DNA from: Eledone cirrhosa
Taxonomy: Eukaryota
DNA: 64,000 nt
Direction: 5' to 3'
NCBI GenBank assembly: GCA_964016885.1
Contig: CAXHJY010001063.1
Location: forward strand, 62,001 to 126,000
A program made the position numbers and the translations under genes. Position 1 is the stretch's first letter. The number at the start of each line of letters is the position of its first letter. The notes under the pieces were generated by a model that had not been told where the DNA came from, did not search any database, and saw nothing but the letters and a program-made list of their open reading frames with translations. Positions 1 through 13,900 of the stretch are shown here, one piece after another.

Positions 1-2
1 AA

Positions 3-44
3 CCATGGCGTCCGACCCTCTACCGTTACTGCCAAACCACTGCA
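3..44 (-). mobile_element. 5' head fragment of a tRNA-type SINE, cut by the window edge
   Basis: catggcgtccgaccctctaccgttactgccaaaccactgca closely matches 43150-43190 (catggcgtccgacactctaccgacactgccaatccaccgca), which is the A-box end of the SINE at 42988-43190. Confidence 0.7.
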
Positions 45-59
45 ATCTACCATAGAAAC

Positions 60-1760
60 CACTATATGAGGAATAGAGTTGTTCCAAAAAACTACATAAG
101 CGGAATCAGATCTTCTTCAGATAACTACATTATTAGAACAGATCATCTACAGAAAACATGATTATTATATCCATTACAGAAAACTACATTATTAGGAACT
201 GAACTATTACAGAAAACTACATTATCAGGAGTATTATAGAATAGAATATTATCAGGAACCTATCCACTACAGAAAAACAACATTATCAGGAGTATTACAG
301 AAAAGAATATTATCAGAAACCTATCCACTACAGAAAAACAACATTATCAGGAGTATTACAGAAAAGAATATTATCAGGAACCTATCCACTACAGAAAAAC
401 TACATTATCAGGAGTATTACAGAAAAGAATATTATCAGGAACCTATCCACTACAGAAAAACAACATTATCAGGAGTATTACAGAATAGAATATTATCAGA
501 AAGCTATCCACTACAGAAAAACAACATTATCAGGAACATATATCTACAGAAAAGAACATTATTTGGAGCAAATGTATTACAGAAAAGAACATTATCAAAA
601 ACATATCTACTGCAGAAAACAACATTATCGAGAAGGTATCTCTATAGAAAAGAACATTATCAAAAACATATCTACTGCAGAAAACAACATTATCGAGAAG
701 GTATCTCTATAGAAAAGAACATTATCAAAAACATATCTACTGCAGAAAACAACATTATCGAGAAGTTATCTCTATAGAAAAGAACATTATCAGAAACATA
801 TCTACTGCAGAAAACAACATTATCGAGAAGGTATCTCTACAGAAAAGAACATTATCAGAAACATATCTACTGCAGAAAACAACATTATCGAGAAGGTATC
901 TCTACAGAAAAGAACATTATCAGAAACATATCTACTGCAGAAAACAACATTATCGAGAAGATATCTCTACAGAAAAGAACATTATCAGAAACATATCTAC
1001 TGCAGAAAACAACATTATCGAGAAGGTATCTCTACAGAAAAGAACATTATCAGAAACATATCTACTGCAGAAAACAACATTATCGAGAAGGTATCTCTAC
1101 AGAAAAGAACATTATCAGAAACATATCTACTGCAGAAAACAACATTATCGAGAAGGTATCTCTACAGAAAAGAACATTATCAGAAACATATCTACTGCAG
1201 AAAACAACATTATCGAGAAGGTATCTCTACAGAAAAGAACATTATCAGAAACATATCTACTGCAGAAAACAACATTATCGAGAAGATATCTCTACAGAAA
1301 AGAACATTATCAGAAACATATCTACTGCAGAAAACAACATTATCGAGAAGATATCTCTACAGAAAAGAACATTATCAGAAACATATCTACTGCAGAAAAC
1401 AACATTATCGAGAAGATATCTCTACAGAAAAGAACATTATCAGAAACATATCTACTGCAGAAAACAACATTATCGAGAAGATATCTCTACAGAAAAGAAC
1501 ATTATCAGAAACATATCTACTGCAGAAAACAACATTATCGAGAAGATATCTCTATAGAAAAGAACATTATCAAAAACATATCTACTGCAGAAAACAACAT
1601 TATCGAGAAGGTATCTCTACGGAAAAGAACATTATCAAAAACATATCCAGAGCAGAACACAACATTATTGGGAAAATATCCAAAACAGAAAAGAATATTA
1701 TCGAGAAGACATCTCTATAGAAATGAACATTATGAGGAAAAGAACAATATTATGGAATTG
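60..1760. repeat. Tandem array of ~28-33-bp subunits forming 61-bp (~210-520) and 65-bp (~580-1640) dimers, with degenerate edges
   Basis: 61-mer agaaaaacaacattatcaggagtattacagaaaagaatattatcaggaacctatccactac recurs at 271 and 332. 65-mer agaaaagaacattatcagaaacatatctactgcagaaaacaacattatcgagaaggtatctctac recurs at 841, 906 and onward. Confidence 0.92.
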
Positions 1761-1906
1761 TTAATAAGTCGAACCGAATGTTTTGTGGTATCTACTCCGA
1801 CTTTGTAGGTTCGAGGTAAAAATTCCGCCATCTTCTCTCTTACGGCCGAAAGATAGTATTAGCAATGGAGATATCAAAAGTGACATAGATTCATATGTCA
1901 GACCTG

Positions 1907-4900
1907 AAGACCGGTGGATAATATCAGTAATGGTAAGACCAGTGGATAATATCAGGAATGGTAAGACTAGTGGATAATATCAGGAATGGTAAGACTAGTG
2001 GATAATATCAGGAATGGTATGACTAGTGGATAATATCAGGAATGGTAAGACCAGTGGATAATATCAGGAATGGTAAGACTAGTGGATAATATCAGGAATG
2101 GTATGACCAGTGGATAATATCAGGAATGGTATAAACAGTGGATAATATCAGGAATGGTAAGACCAGGGGATAATATCGGGAATGGTAAGACTAGTGGATA
2201 ATATCAGGAATGGTAAGACCAGTGGATAATATCAGGAATGGTAAGACCAGGGGATAATATCAGGAATGGTAAGACCAGGGGATAATATCAGGAATGGTAT
2301 GACCAGTGGATAATATCAGGAATGGTAAGACCAGGGGATAATATCGGGAATGGTAAGACTAGTGGATAATATCAGGAATGGTATGACTAGTGGATAATAT
2401 CAGGAATGGTATGACTAGTGGATAATATCAGGAATGGTAAGACTAGTGGATAATATCAGGAATGGTATGACTAGTGGATAATATCAGGAATGGTAAGACT
2501 AGTGGATAATATCGGGAATGGTAAGACTAGTGGATAATATCAGGAATGGTAGGACCAGTGGATAATATCAGGATTGGTAAGACCAGGGGATAATATCGGG
2601 AATGGTAAGACCAGTGGATAATATCAGGAATGGTAAGAGTAGTGGATAATATCAGGAATGGTAAGACTAGTGGATAATATCGGGAATGGTAAGACTAGTG
2701 GATAATATCAGGAATGATATGATCAGTGGATAATATCAGGAATGGTAAAACTAGTGGATAATATCAGGAATGGTAAGACTAGTGGATAATATCAGGAATG
2801 GTAAGACTAGTGGATAATATCAGGAATGGTAAGACTAGTGGATAATATCAGGAATGGTAAGACTAGTGGATAATATCAGGAATGGTAAGACTAGTGGATA
2901 ATATCAGGAATGGTAAGAGCAGTGGATAATATCAGGAATGGTAAGAGCAGTGGATAATATCAGGAATGGTAAGAGCAGTGGATAATATCAGGAATGGTAA
3001 GACCAGGGGATAACATCGGGAATGGTAAGACTAGTGGATAATATCAGGAATGGTATGACTAGTGGATAATATCAGGAATGGTAAGACTAGTGGATAATAT
3101 CAGGAATGGTAAGACTAGTGGATAATATCAGGAATGGTAAGAGCAGTGGATAATATCAGGAATGGTAAGAGCAGTGGATAATATCAGGAATGGTAAGACT
3201 AGTGGATAATATCAGGAATGGTAAGACTAGTGGATAATATCAGGAATGGTAAGAGCAGTGGATAATATCAGGAATGGTAAGAGCAGTGGATAATATCAGG
3301 AATGGTAAGACTAGTGGATAATATCAGGAATGGTAAGACTAGTGGATAATATCAGGAATGGTATGACTAGTGGATAACATCGGGAATGGTAAGACCAGTG
3401 GATAATATCAGGAATGGTAAGACTAGTGGATAATATCAGGAATGGTAAGAGCAGTGGATAATATCAGGAATGGTAAGACTAGTGGATAATATCAGGAATG
3501 GTAAGACCAGTGGATAATATCAGGAATGGTAAGACTAGTGGATAATATCAGGAATGGTAAGAGCAGTGGATAATATCAGGAATGGTAAGACTAGTGGATA
3601 ATATCAGGAATGGTAAGACTAGTGGATAATATCAGGAATGGTAAGAGCAGTGGATAATATCAGGAATGGTAAGACTAGTGGATAATATCAGGAATGGTAA
3701 GAGCAGTGGATAATATCAGGAATGGTAAGACTAGTGGATAATATCAGGAATGGTAAGACCAGTGGATAATATCAGGAATGGTAAGACTAGTGGATAATAT
3801 CAGGAATGGTAAGACTAGTGGATAATATCAGGAATGGTAAGAGCAGTGGATAATATCAGGAATGGTAAGACTAGTGGATAATATCAGGAATGGTAAGACT
3901 AGTGGATAATATCAGGAATGGTAAGAGCAGTGGATAATATCAGGAATGGTAAGACTAGTGGATAATATCAGGAATGGTAAGACTAGTGGATAATATCAGG
4001 AATGGTAAGACTAGTGGATAATATCAGGAATGGTAAGAGCAGTGGATAATATCAGGAATGGTAAGACTAGTGGATAATATCAGGAATGGTAAGACTAGTG
4101 GATAATATCAGGAATGGTAAGAGCAGTGGATAATATCAGGAATGGTAAGACTAGTGGATAATATCAGGAATGGTAAGACCAGTGGATAATATCAGGAATG
4201 GTAAGAGCAGTGGATAATATCAGGAATGGTAAGAGCAGTGGATAATATCAGGAATGGTATGACTAGTGGATAATATCAGGAATGGTATGACTAGTGGATA
4301 ATATCAGGAATGGGAAGACCAGTGGATAATATCAGGAATGGTAAGACTAGTGGATAATATCAGGAATGGTATGACTAGTGGATAATATCAGGAATGGTAA
4401 GACTAGTGGATAATATCAGGAATGGTAAGACTAGTGGATAATATCAGGAATGGTAAGACTAGTGGATAATATCAGGAATGGTATGACCAGTGGATAATAT
4501 CAGGAATGGTAAGACTAGTGGATAATATCAGGAATGGTAAGAGCAGTGGATAATATCAGGAATGGTAAGACTAGTGGATAATATCAGGAATGGTATGACT
4601 GGTGGATAATATCAGGAATGGTAAGACTAGTGGATAATATCAGGAATGGTAAGACTAGTGGATAATATCAGGAATGGTAAGACCAGTGGATAATATCAGG
4701 AATGGTATGACTAGTGGATAATATCAGGAATGGTATGACCAGTGGATAATATCAGGAATGGTAAGAGCAGTGGATAATATCAGGAATGGTAAGACCAGTG
4801 GATAATATCAGGAATGGTAAGACTAGTGGATAATATCAGGAATGGTATGACCAGTTGATAATATCAGGAATGGTATGACTAGTGGATAATATCAGGAATG

Positions 4901-7900
4901 GTATGACTAGTGGATAACATCAGGAATGGTATGACTAGTGGATAATATCGGGAATGGGAAGACTAGTGGATAATATCAGGAATGGTATGACTAGTGGATA
5001 ATATCAGGAATGGTAAGACCAGTGGATAATATCAGGAATGGTATGACTAGTGGATAATATCGGGAATGGTAAGACCAGTGGATAATATCAGGAATGGTAT
5101 GACTAGTGGATAATATCAGGAATGGTATGACCAGTGGATAATATCAGGAATGGTAAGAGCAGTGGATAATATCAGGAATGGTATGACTAGTGGATAATAT
5201 CAGGAATGGTATGACCAGTGGATAATATCAGGAATGGTAAGACCAGTGGATAATATCAGGAATGGTAAGACCAGTGGATAATATCAGGAATGGTATGACT
5301 AGTGGATAATATCAGGAATGGTATGACCAGTGGATAATATCAGGAATGGTAAGACCAGTGGATAATATCAGGAATGGTATGACTGGTGGATAATATCAGG
5401 AATGGTAAGACTAGTGGATAATATCAGGAATGGTATGACTGGTGGATAATATCAGGAATGGTAAGACTAGTGGATAATATCAGGAATGGTATGACTGGTG
5501 GATAATATCAGGAATGGTAAGACTAGTGGATAATATCAGGAATGGTAAGACCAGTGGATAATATCAGGAATGGTAAGACCAGTGGATAATATCAGGAATG
5601 GTATGACCAGTGGATAATATCAGGAATGGTAAGAGCAGTGGATAATATCAGGAATGGTAAGACCAGTGGATAATATCAGGAATGGTAAGACCAGTGGATA
5701 ATATCAGGAATGGTATGACCAGTGGATAATATCAGGAATGGTAAGAGCAGTGGATAATATCAGGAATGGTAAGACCAGTGGATAATATCAGGAATGGTAT
5801 GACCAGTGGATAATATCAGGAATGGTAAGACCAGTGGATAATATCAGGAATGGTAAGAGCAGTGGATAATATCAGGAATGGTAAGAGCAGTGGATAATAT
5901 CAGGAATGGTAAGACCAGTGGATAATATCAGGAATGGTATGACCAGTGGATAATATCAGGAATGGTAAGAGCAGTGGATAATATCAGGAATGGTAAGACT
6001 AGTGGATAATATCAGGAATGGTATGACCAGTGGATAATATCAGGAATGGTAAGACCAGTGGATAATATCAGGAATGGTAAGAGCAGTGGATAATATCAGG
6101 AATGGTAAGAGCAGTGGATAATATCAGGAATGGTAAGACTAGTGGATAATATCAGGAATGGTAAGAGCAGTGGATAATATCAGGAATGGTAAGAGCAGTG
6201 GATAATATCAGGAATGGTAAGAGCAGTGGATAATATCAGGAATGGTAAGACCAGTGGATAATATCAGGAATGGTAAGACTAGTGGATAATATCAGGAATG
6301 GTATGACTAGTGGATAATATCAGGAATGGTATGACCAGTGGATAATATCAGGAATGGTAAGACTAGTGGATAATATCAGGAATGGTAAGACTAGTGGATA
6401 ATATCAGGAATGGTAAGACTAGTGGATAATATCAGGAATGGTATGACCAGTGGATAATATCAGGAATGGTAAGACTAGTGGATAATATCAGGAATGGTAA
6501 GACTAGTGGATAATATCAGGAATGGTATGACCAGTGGATAATATCAGGAATGGTAAGACCAGTGGATAATATCAGGAATGGTATGACTAGTGGATAATAT
6601 CAGGAATGGTATGACCAGTGGATAATATCAGGAATGGTAAGACCAGTGGATAATATCAGGAATGGTATGACTAGTGGATAATATCAGGAATGGTAAGAGC
6701 AGTGGATAATATCAGGAATGGTAAGACCAGTGGATAATATCAGGAATGGTAAGACTAGTGGATAATATCAGGAATGGTATGACCAGTGGATAATATCAGG
6801 AATGGTAAGACCAGTGGATAATATCAGGAATGGTAAGAGCAGTGGATAATATCAGGAATGGTAAGAGCAGTGGATAATATCAGGAATGGTAAGACTAGTG
6901 GATAATATCAGGAATGGTAAGAGCAGTGGATAATATCAGAAATGGTAAGAGCAGTGGATAATATCAGGAATGGTAAGAGCAGTGGATAATATCAGGAATG
7001 GTAAGACCAGTGGATAATATCAGGAATGGTAAGACTAGTGGATAATATCAGGAATGGTAAGACTAGTGGATAATATCAGGAATGGTAAGAGCAGTGGATA
7101 ATATCAGGAATGGTAAGACTAGTGGATAATATCAGGAATGGTATGACCAGTGGATAATATCAGGAATGGTAAGACTAGTGGATAATATCAGGAATGGTAA
7201 GACTAGTGGATAATATCAGGAATGGTAAGACTAGTGGATAATATCAGGAATGGTATGACCAGTGGATAATATCAGGAATGGTAAGACTAGTGGATAATAT
7301 CAGGAATGGTAAGACTAGTGGATAATATCAGGAATGGTAAGACTAGTGGATAATATCAGGAATGGTATGACCAGTGGATAATATCAGGAATGGTAAGACC
7401 AGTGGATAATATCAGGAATGGTAAGACCAGTGGATAATATCAGGAATGGTAAGACTAGTGGATAATATCAGGAATGGTAAGACTAGTGGATAATATCAGG
7501 AATGGTAAGACTAGTGGATAATATCAGGAATAGTAAGACCAGTGGATAATATCAGGAATGGTAAGACTAGTGGATAATATCAGGAATGGTAAGACTAGTG
7601 GATAATATCAGGAATGGTAAGACTAGTGGATAATATCAGGAATGGTAAGACTAGTGGATAATATCAGGAATGGTAAGACTAGTGGATAATATCAGGAATG
7701 GTATGACCAGTGGATAATATCAGGAATGGTAAGACCAGTGGATAATATCAGGAATGGTAAGAGCAGTGGATAATATCAGGAATGGTAAGAGCAGTGGATA
7801 ATATCAGGAATGGTAAGACCAGTGGATAATATCAGGAATGGTAAGACTAGTGGATAATATCAGGAATGGTATGACCAGTGGATAATATCAGGAATGGTAA

Positions 7901-10900
7901 GAGCAGTGGATAATATCAGGAATGGTAAGAGCAGTGGATAATATCAGGAATGGTAAGACCAGTGGATAATATCAGGAATGGTAAGACTAGTGGATAATAT
8001 CAGGAATGGTAAGAGCAGTGGATAATATCAGGAATGGTAAGAGCAGTGGATAATATCAGGAATGGTAAGACTAGTGGATAATATCAGGAATGGTAAGAGC
8101 AGTGGATAATATCAGGAATGGTAAGACCAGTGGATAATATCAGGAATGGTAAGAGCAGTGGATAATATCAGGAATGGTAAGAGCAGTGGATAATATCAGG
8201 AATGGTAAGAGCAGTGGATAATATCAGGAATGGTAAGAGCAGTGGATAATATCAGGAATGGTAAGACTAGTGGATAATATCAGGAATGGTAAGAGCAGTG
8301 GATAATATCAGGAATGGTATGACTAGTGGATAATATCAGGAATGGTATGACTAGTGGATAATATCAGGAATGGTAAGAGCAGTGGATAATATCAGGAATG
8401 GTAAGACCAGTGGATAATATCAGGAATGGTAAGACTAGTGGATAATATCAGGAATGGTAAGAGCAGTGGATAATATCAGGAATGGTAAGACTAGTGGATA
8501 ATATCAGGAATGGTAAGAGCAGTGGATAATATCAGGAATGGTAAGAGCAGTGGATAATATCAGGAATGGTATGACCAGTGGATAATATCAGGAATGGTAA
8601 GAGCAGTGGATAATATCAGGAATGGTATGACTAGTGGATAATATCAGGAATGGTAAGACTAGTGGATAATATCAGGAATGGTAAGACTAGTGGATAATAT
8701 CAGGAATGGTAAGACTAGTGGATAATATCAGGAATGGTAAGAGCAGTGGATAATATCAGGAATGGTAAGACTAGTGGATAATATCAGGAATGGTAAGACT
8801 AGTGGATAATATCAGGAATGGTAAGACTGGTGGATAATATCAGGAATGGTATGACTGGTGGATAATATCAGGAATGGTAAGACCAGTGGATAATATCAGG
8901 AATGGTAAGACTAGTGGATAATATCAGGAATGGTAAGAGCAGTGGATAATATCAGGAATGGTAAGACTAGTGGATAATATCAGGAATGGTATGACCAGTG
9001 GATAATATCAGGAATGGTATGACTAGTGGATAATATCAGGAATGGTATGACCAGTGGATAATATCAGGAATGGTATGACTAGTGGATAATATCAGGAATG
9101 GTAAGAGCAGTGGATAATATCAGGAATGGTAAGACCAGTGGATAATATCAGGAATGGTAAGACTAGTGGATAATATCAGGAATGGTATGACCAGTGGATA
9201 ATATCAGGAATGGTAAGACTAGTGGATAATATCAGGAATGGTAAGACTAGTGGATAATATCAGGAATGGTAAGACTAGTGGATAATATCAGGAATGGTAA
9301 GACTAGTGGATAATATCAGGAATGGTATGACCAGTGGATAATATCAGGAATGGTAAGACTAGTGGATAATATCAGGAATGGTAAGACTAGTGGATAATAT
9401 CAGGAATGGTATGACTAGTGGATAATATCAGGAATGGTAAGACTAGTGGATAATATCAGGAATGGTAAGACTAGTGGATAATATCAGGAATGGTATGACC
9501 AGTGGATAATATCAGGAATGGTATGACTAGTGGATAATATCAGGAATGGTAAGACTAGTGGATAATATCAGGAATGGTATGACCAGGGGATAATATCAGG
9601 AATGGTATGACCAGTGGATAATATCAGGAATGGTAAGACTAGTGGATAATATCAGGAATGGTAAGACTAGTGGATAATATCAGGAATGGTATGACCAGTG
9701 GATAATATCAGGAATGGTATGACCAGGGGATAATATCAGGAATGGTATGACCAGTGGATAATATCAGGAATGGTAAGACTAGTGGATAATATCAGGAATG
9801 GTAAGACCAGTGGATAATATCAGGAATGGTAAGAGCAGTGGATAATATCAGGAATGGTAAGAGCAGTGGATAATATCAGGAATGGTAAGACCAGTGGATA
9901 ATATCAGGAATGGTAAGAGCAGTGGATAATATCAGGAATGGTATGACCAGTGGATAATATCAGGAATGGTAAGACTAGTGGATAATATCAGGAATGGTAA
10001 GAGCAGTGGATAATATCAGGAATGGTAAGACCAGTGGATAATATCAGGAATGGTAAGACTAGTGGATAATATCAGGAATGGTAAGAGCAGTGGATAATAT
10101 CAGGAATGGTAAGACAAGTGGATAATATCAGGAATGGTAACACTAGTGGATAATATCAGGAATGGTAAGACTAGTGGATAATATCAGGAATGGTAAGACA
10201 AGTGGATAATATCAGGAATGGTAACACTAGTGGATAATATCAGGAATGGTAAGACTAGTGGATAATATCAGGAATGGTAAGACTAGTGGATAATATCAGG
10301 ATTGGTAAGACTAGTGGATAATATCAGGAATGGTAAGACTAGTGGATAATATCAGGAATGGTATGACTAGTGGATAATATCAGGAATGGTATGACTAGTG
10401 GATAATATCAGGATTGGTAATACTAGTGGATAATATCAGGAATGGTATGACTAGTGGATAATATCAGGAATGGTAAGACTAGTGGATAATATCAGGAATG
10501 GTAAGACTAGTGGATAATATCAGGAATGGTATGACTAGTGGATAATATCAGGAATGGTATGACTAGTGGATAATATCAGGATTGGTAATACTAGTGGATA
10601 ATATCAGGAATGGTATGACCAGTGGATAATATCAGGAATGGTATGACCAGTGGATAATATCAGGAATGGTAATACTAGTGGATAATATCAGTAATGGTAA
10701 GACCAGTATATAATATCAGGAATGGTAAGAGCAGTGGATAATATCAGGAATGGTAAGAGCAGTGGATAATATCAGGAATGGTAAGACAAGTGGATAATAT
10801 CAGGAATGGTAAGACCAGTGGATAATATCAGGAATGGTAAGACCAGTGGATAATATCAGGAATGGTAATACTAGTGGATAATATCAGTAATGGTAAGACC

Positions 10901-13900
10901 AGTGGATAATATCAGGAATGGTAAGAGCAGTGGATAATATCAGGAATGGTAAGAGCAGTGGATAATATCAGGAATGGTAAGAGCAGTGGATAATATCAGG
11001 AATGGTAAGACCAGTGGATAATATCAGGTATGGTAAGACTAGTGGATAATATCAGGAATGGTATGACCAGTGGATAATATCAGGAATGGTAAGACTAGTG
11101 GATAATATCAGGAATGGTAAGACTAGTGGATAATATCAGGAATGGTAAGACTAGTGGATAATATCAGGAATGGTATGACCAGTGGATAATATCAGGAATG
11201 GTATGACTAGTGGATAATATCAGGAATGGTAAGACCAGTGGATAATATCAGGAATGGTAAGACTGGTGGATAATATCAGGAATGGTATGACCAGTGGATA
11301 ATATCAGGAATGGTAAGAGCAGTGGATAATATCAGGAATGGTAAGACTAGTGGATAATATCAGGAATGGTAAGACTAGTGGATAATATCAGGAATGGTAT
11401 GACCAGTGGATAATATTAGGAATGGTAAGACTAGTGGATAATATCAGGAATGGTAAGACCAGTGGATAATATCAGGAATGGTAAGACTAGTGGATAATAT
11501 CAGGAATGGTAAGACCAGTGGATAATATCAGGAATGGTAAGACTAGTGGATAATATCAGGAATGGTAAGACTAGTGGATAATATCAGGAATGGTAAGACC
11601 AGTGGATAATATCAGGAATGGTAAGACCAGTGGATAATATCAGGAATGGTAAGACTAGTGGATAATATCAGGAATGGTATGACCAGTGGATAATATTAGG
11701 AATGGTAAGACTAGTGGATAATATCAGGAATGGTAAGACCAGTGGATAATATCAGGAATGGTAAGACTAGTGGATAATATCAGGAATGGTAAGACCAGTG
11801 GATAATATCAGGAATGGTAAGACTAGTGGATAATATCAGGAATGGTAAGACTAGTGGATAATATCAGGAATGGTAAGACCAGTGGATAATATCAGGAATG
11901 GTAAGACCAGTGGATAATATCAGGAATGGTATGACTAGTGGATAATATCAGGAATGGTAAGACTAGTGGATAATATCAGGAATGGTATGACTAGTGGATA
12001 ATATCAGGAATGGTAAGACCAGTGGATAATATCAGGAATGGTAAGACCAGTGGATAATATCAGGAATGGTATGACTAGTGGATAATATCAGGAATGGTAA
12101 GACCAGTGGATAATATCAGGAATGGTATGACTAGTGGATAATATCAGGAATGGTAAGACCAGTGGATAATATCAGGAATGGTAAGACTAGTGGATAATAT
12201 CAGGAATGGTAAGACCAGTGGATAATATCAGGAATGGTATGACTAGTGGATAATATCAGGAATGGTAAGAGCAGTGGATAATATCAGGAATGGTATGACC
12301 AGTGGATAATATCAGGAATGGTATGACCAGTGGATAATATCAGGAATGGTAAGACCAGTGGATAATATCAGGAATGGTAAGACTAGTGGATAATATCAGG
12401 AATGGTAAGACTAGTGGATAATATCAGGAATGGTATGACTAGTGGATAATATCAGGAATGGTAACACTAGTGGATAATATCAGGAATGGTAAGACTAGTG
12501 GATAATATCAGGAATGGTAAGACTAGTGGATAATATCAGGAATGGTAAGACCAGTGGATAATATCAGGAATGGTAAGACCAGTGGATAATATCAGGAATG
12601 GTAAGACCAGTGGATAATATCAGGAATGGTAAGACTAGTGGATACTATCAGGAATGGTAAGACTAGTGGATAATATCAGGAATGGTAAGACGAGTGGATA
12701 ATATCAGGAATGGTAAGAGCAGTGGATAATATCAGGAATGGTAAGACCAGTGGATAATATCAGGAATGGTAAGAGCAGTGGATAATATCAGGAATGGTAA
12801 GACTAGTGGATAATATCAGGAATGGTAAGAGCAGTGGATAATATCAGGAATGGTAAGACTAGTGGATAATATCAGGAATGGTAAGACGAGTGGATAATAT
12901 CAGGAATGGTAAGACCAGTGGATAATATCAGGAATGGTAAGACCAGTGGATAATATCAGGAATGGTAAGAGCAGTGGATAATATCAGGAATGGTAAGACT
13001 AGTGGATAATATCAGGAATGGTATGACTAGTGGATAATATCAGGAATGGTATGACTAGTGGATAATATCAGGAATGGTAAGACCAGTGGATACTATCAGG
13101 AATGGTAAGACTAGTGGATAATATCAGGAATGGTATGACTAGTGGATAATATCAGGAATGGTAAGACCAGTGGATAATATCAGGAATGGTATGACTAGTG
13201 GATAATATCAGGAATGGTAAGACCAGTGGATAATATCAGGAATGGTAAGACTAGTGGAAAATATCAGGAATGGTAAGACTAGTGGATAATATCAGGAATG
13301 GTAAGACTAGTGGAAAATATCAGGAATGGTAAGACTAGTGGATAATATCAGGAATAGTAAGACCAGTGGATAATATCAGGAATGGTAAGAGTAGTGGATA
13401 ATATCAGGAATGGTAAGACCAGTGGATAATATCAGGAATAGTAAGACCAGTGGATAATATCAGGAATGGTAAGAGTAGTGGATAATATCAGGAATGGTAA
13501 GACTAGTGGAAAATATCAGGAATGGTAAGACTAGTGGAAAATATCAGGAATGGTAAGACTAGTGGATAATATCAGGAATAGTAAGACCAGTGGATAATAT
13601 CAGGAATGGTAAGAGTAGTGGATAATATCAGGAATGGTAAGAGTAGTGGATAATATCAGGAATGGTAAGACTAGTGGAAAATATCAGGAATAGTAAGACC
13701 AGTGGATAATATCAGGAATGGTAAGAGTAGTGGATAATATCAGGAATGGTAAGACCAGTGGATAATATCAGGAATAGTAAGACCAGTGGATAATATCAGG
13801 AATGGTAAGAGTAGTGGATAATATCAGGAATGGTAAGACTAGTGGATAATATCAGGAATGGTAAGACTAGTGGAAAATATCAGGAATGGTAAGACTAGTG

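Noticed and set aside
1903-1930. ctgaaga at the start of the satellite
   Set aside because: No stem II-GAAA-stem III follows.
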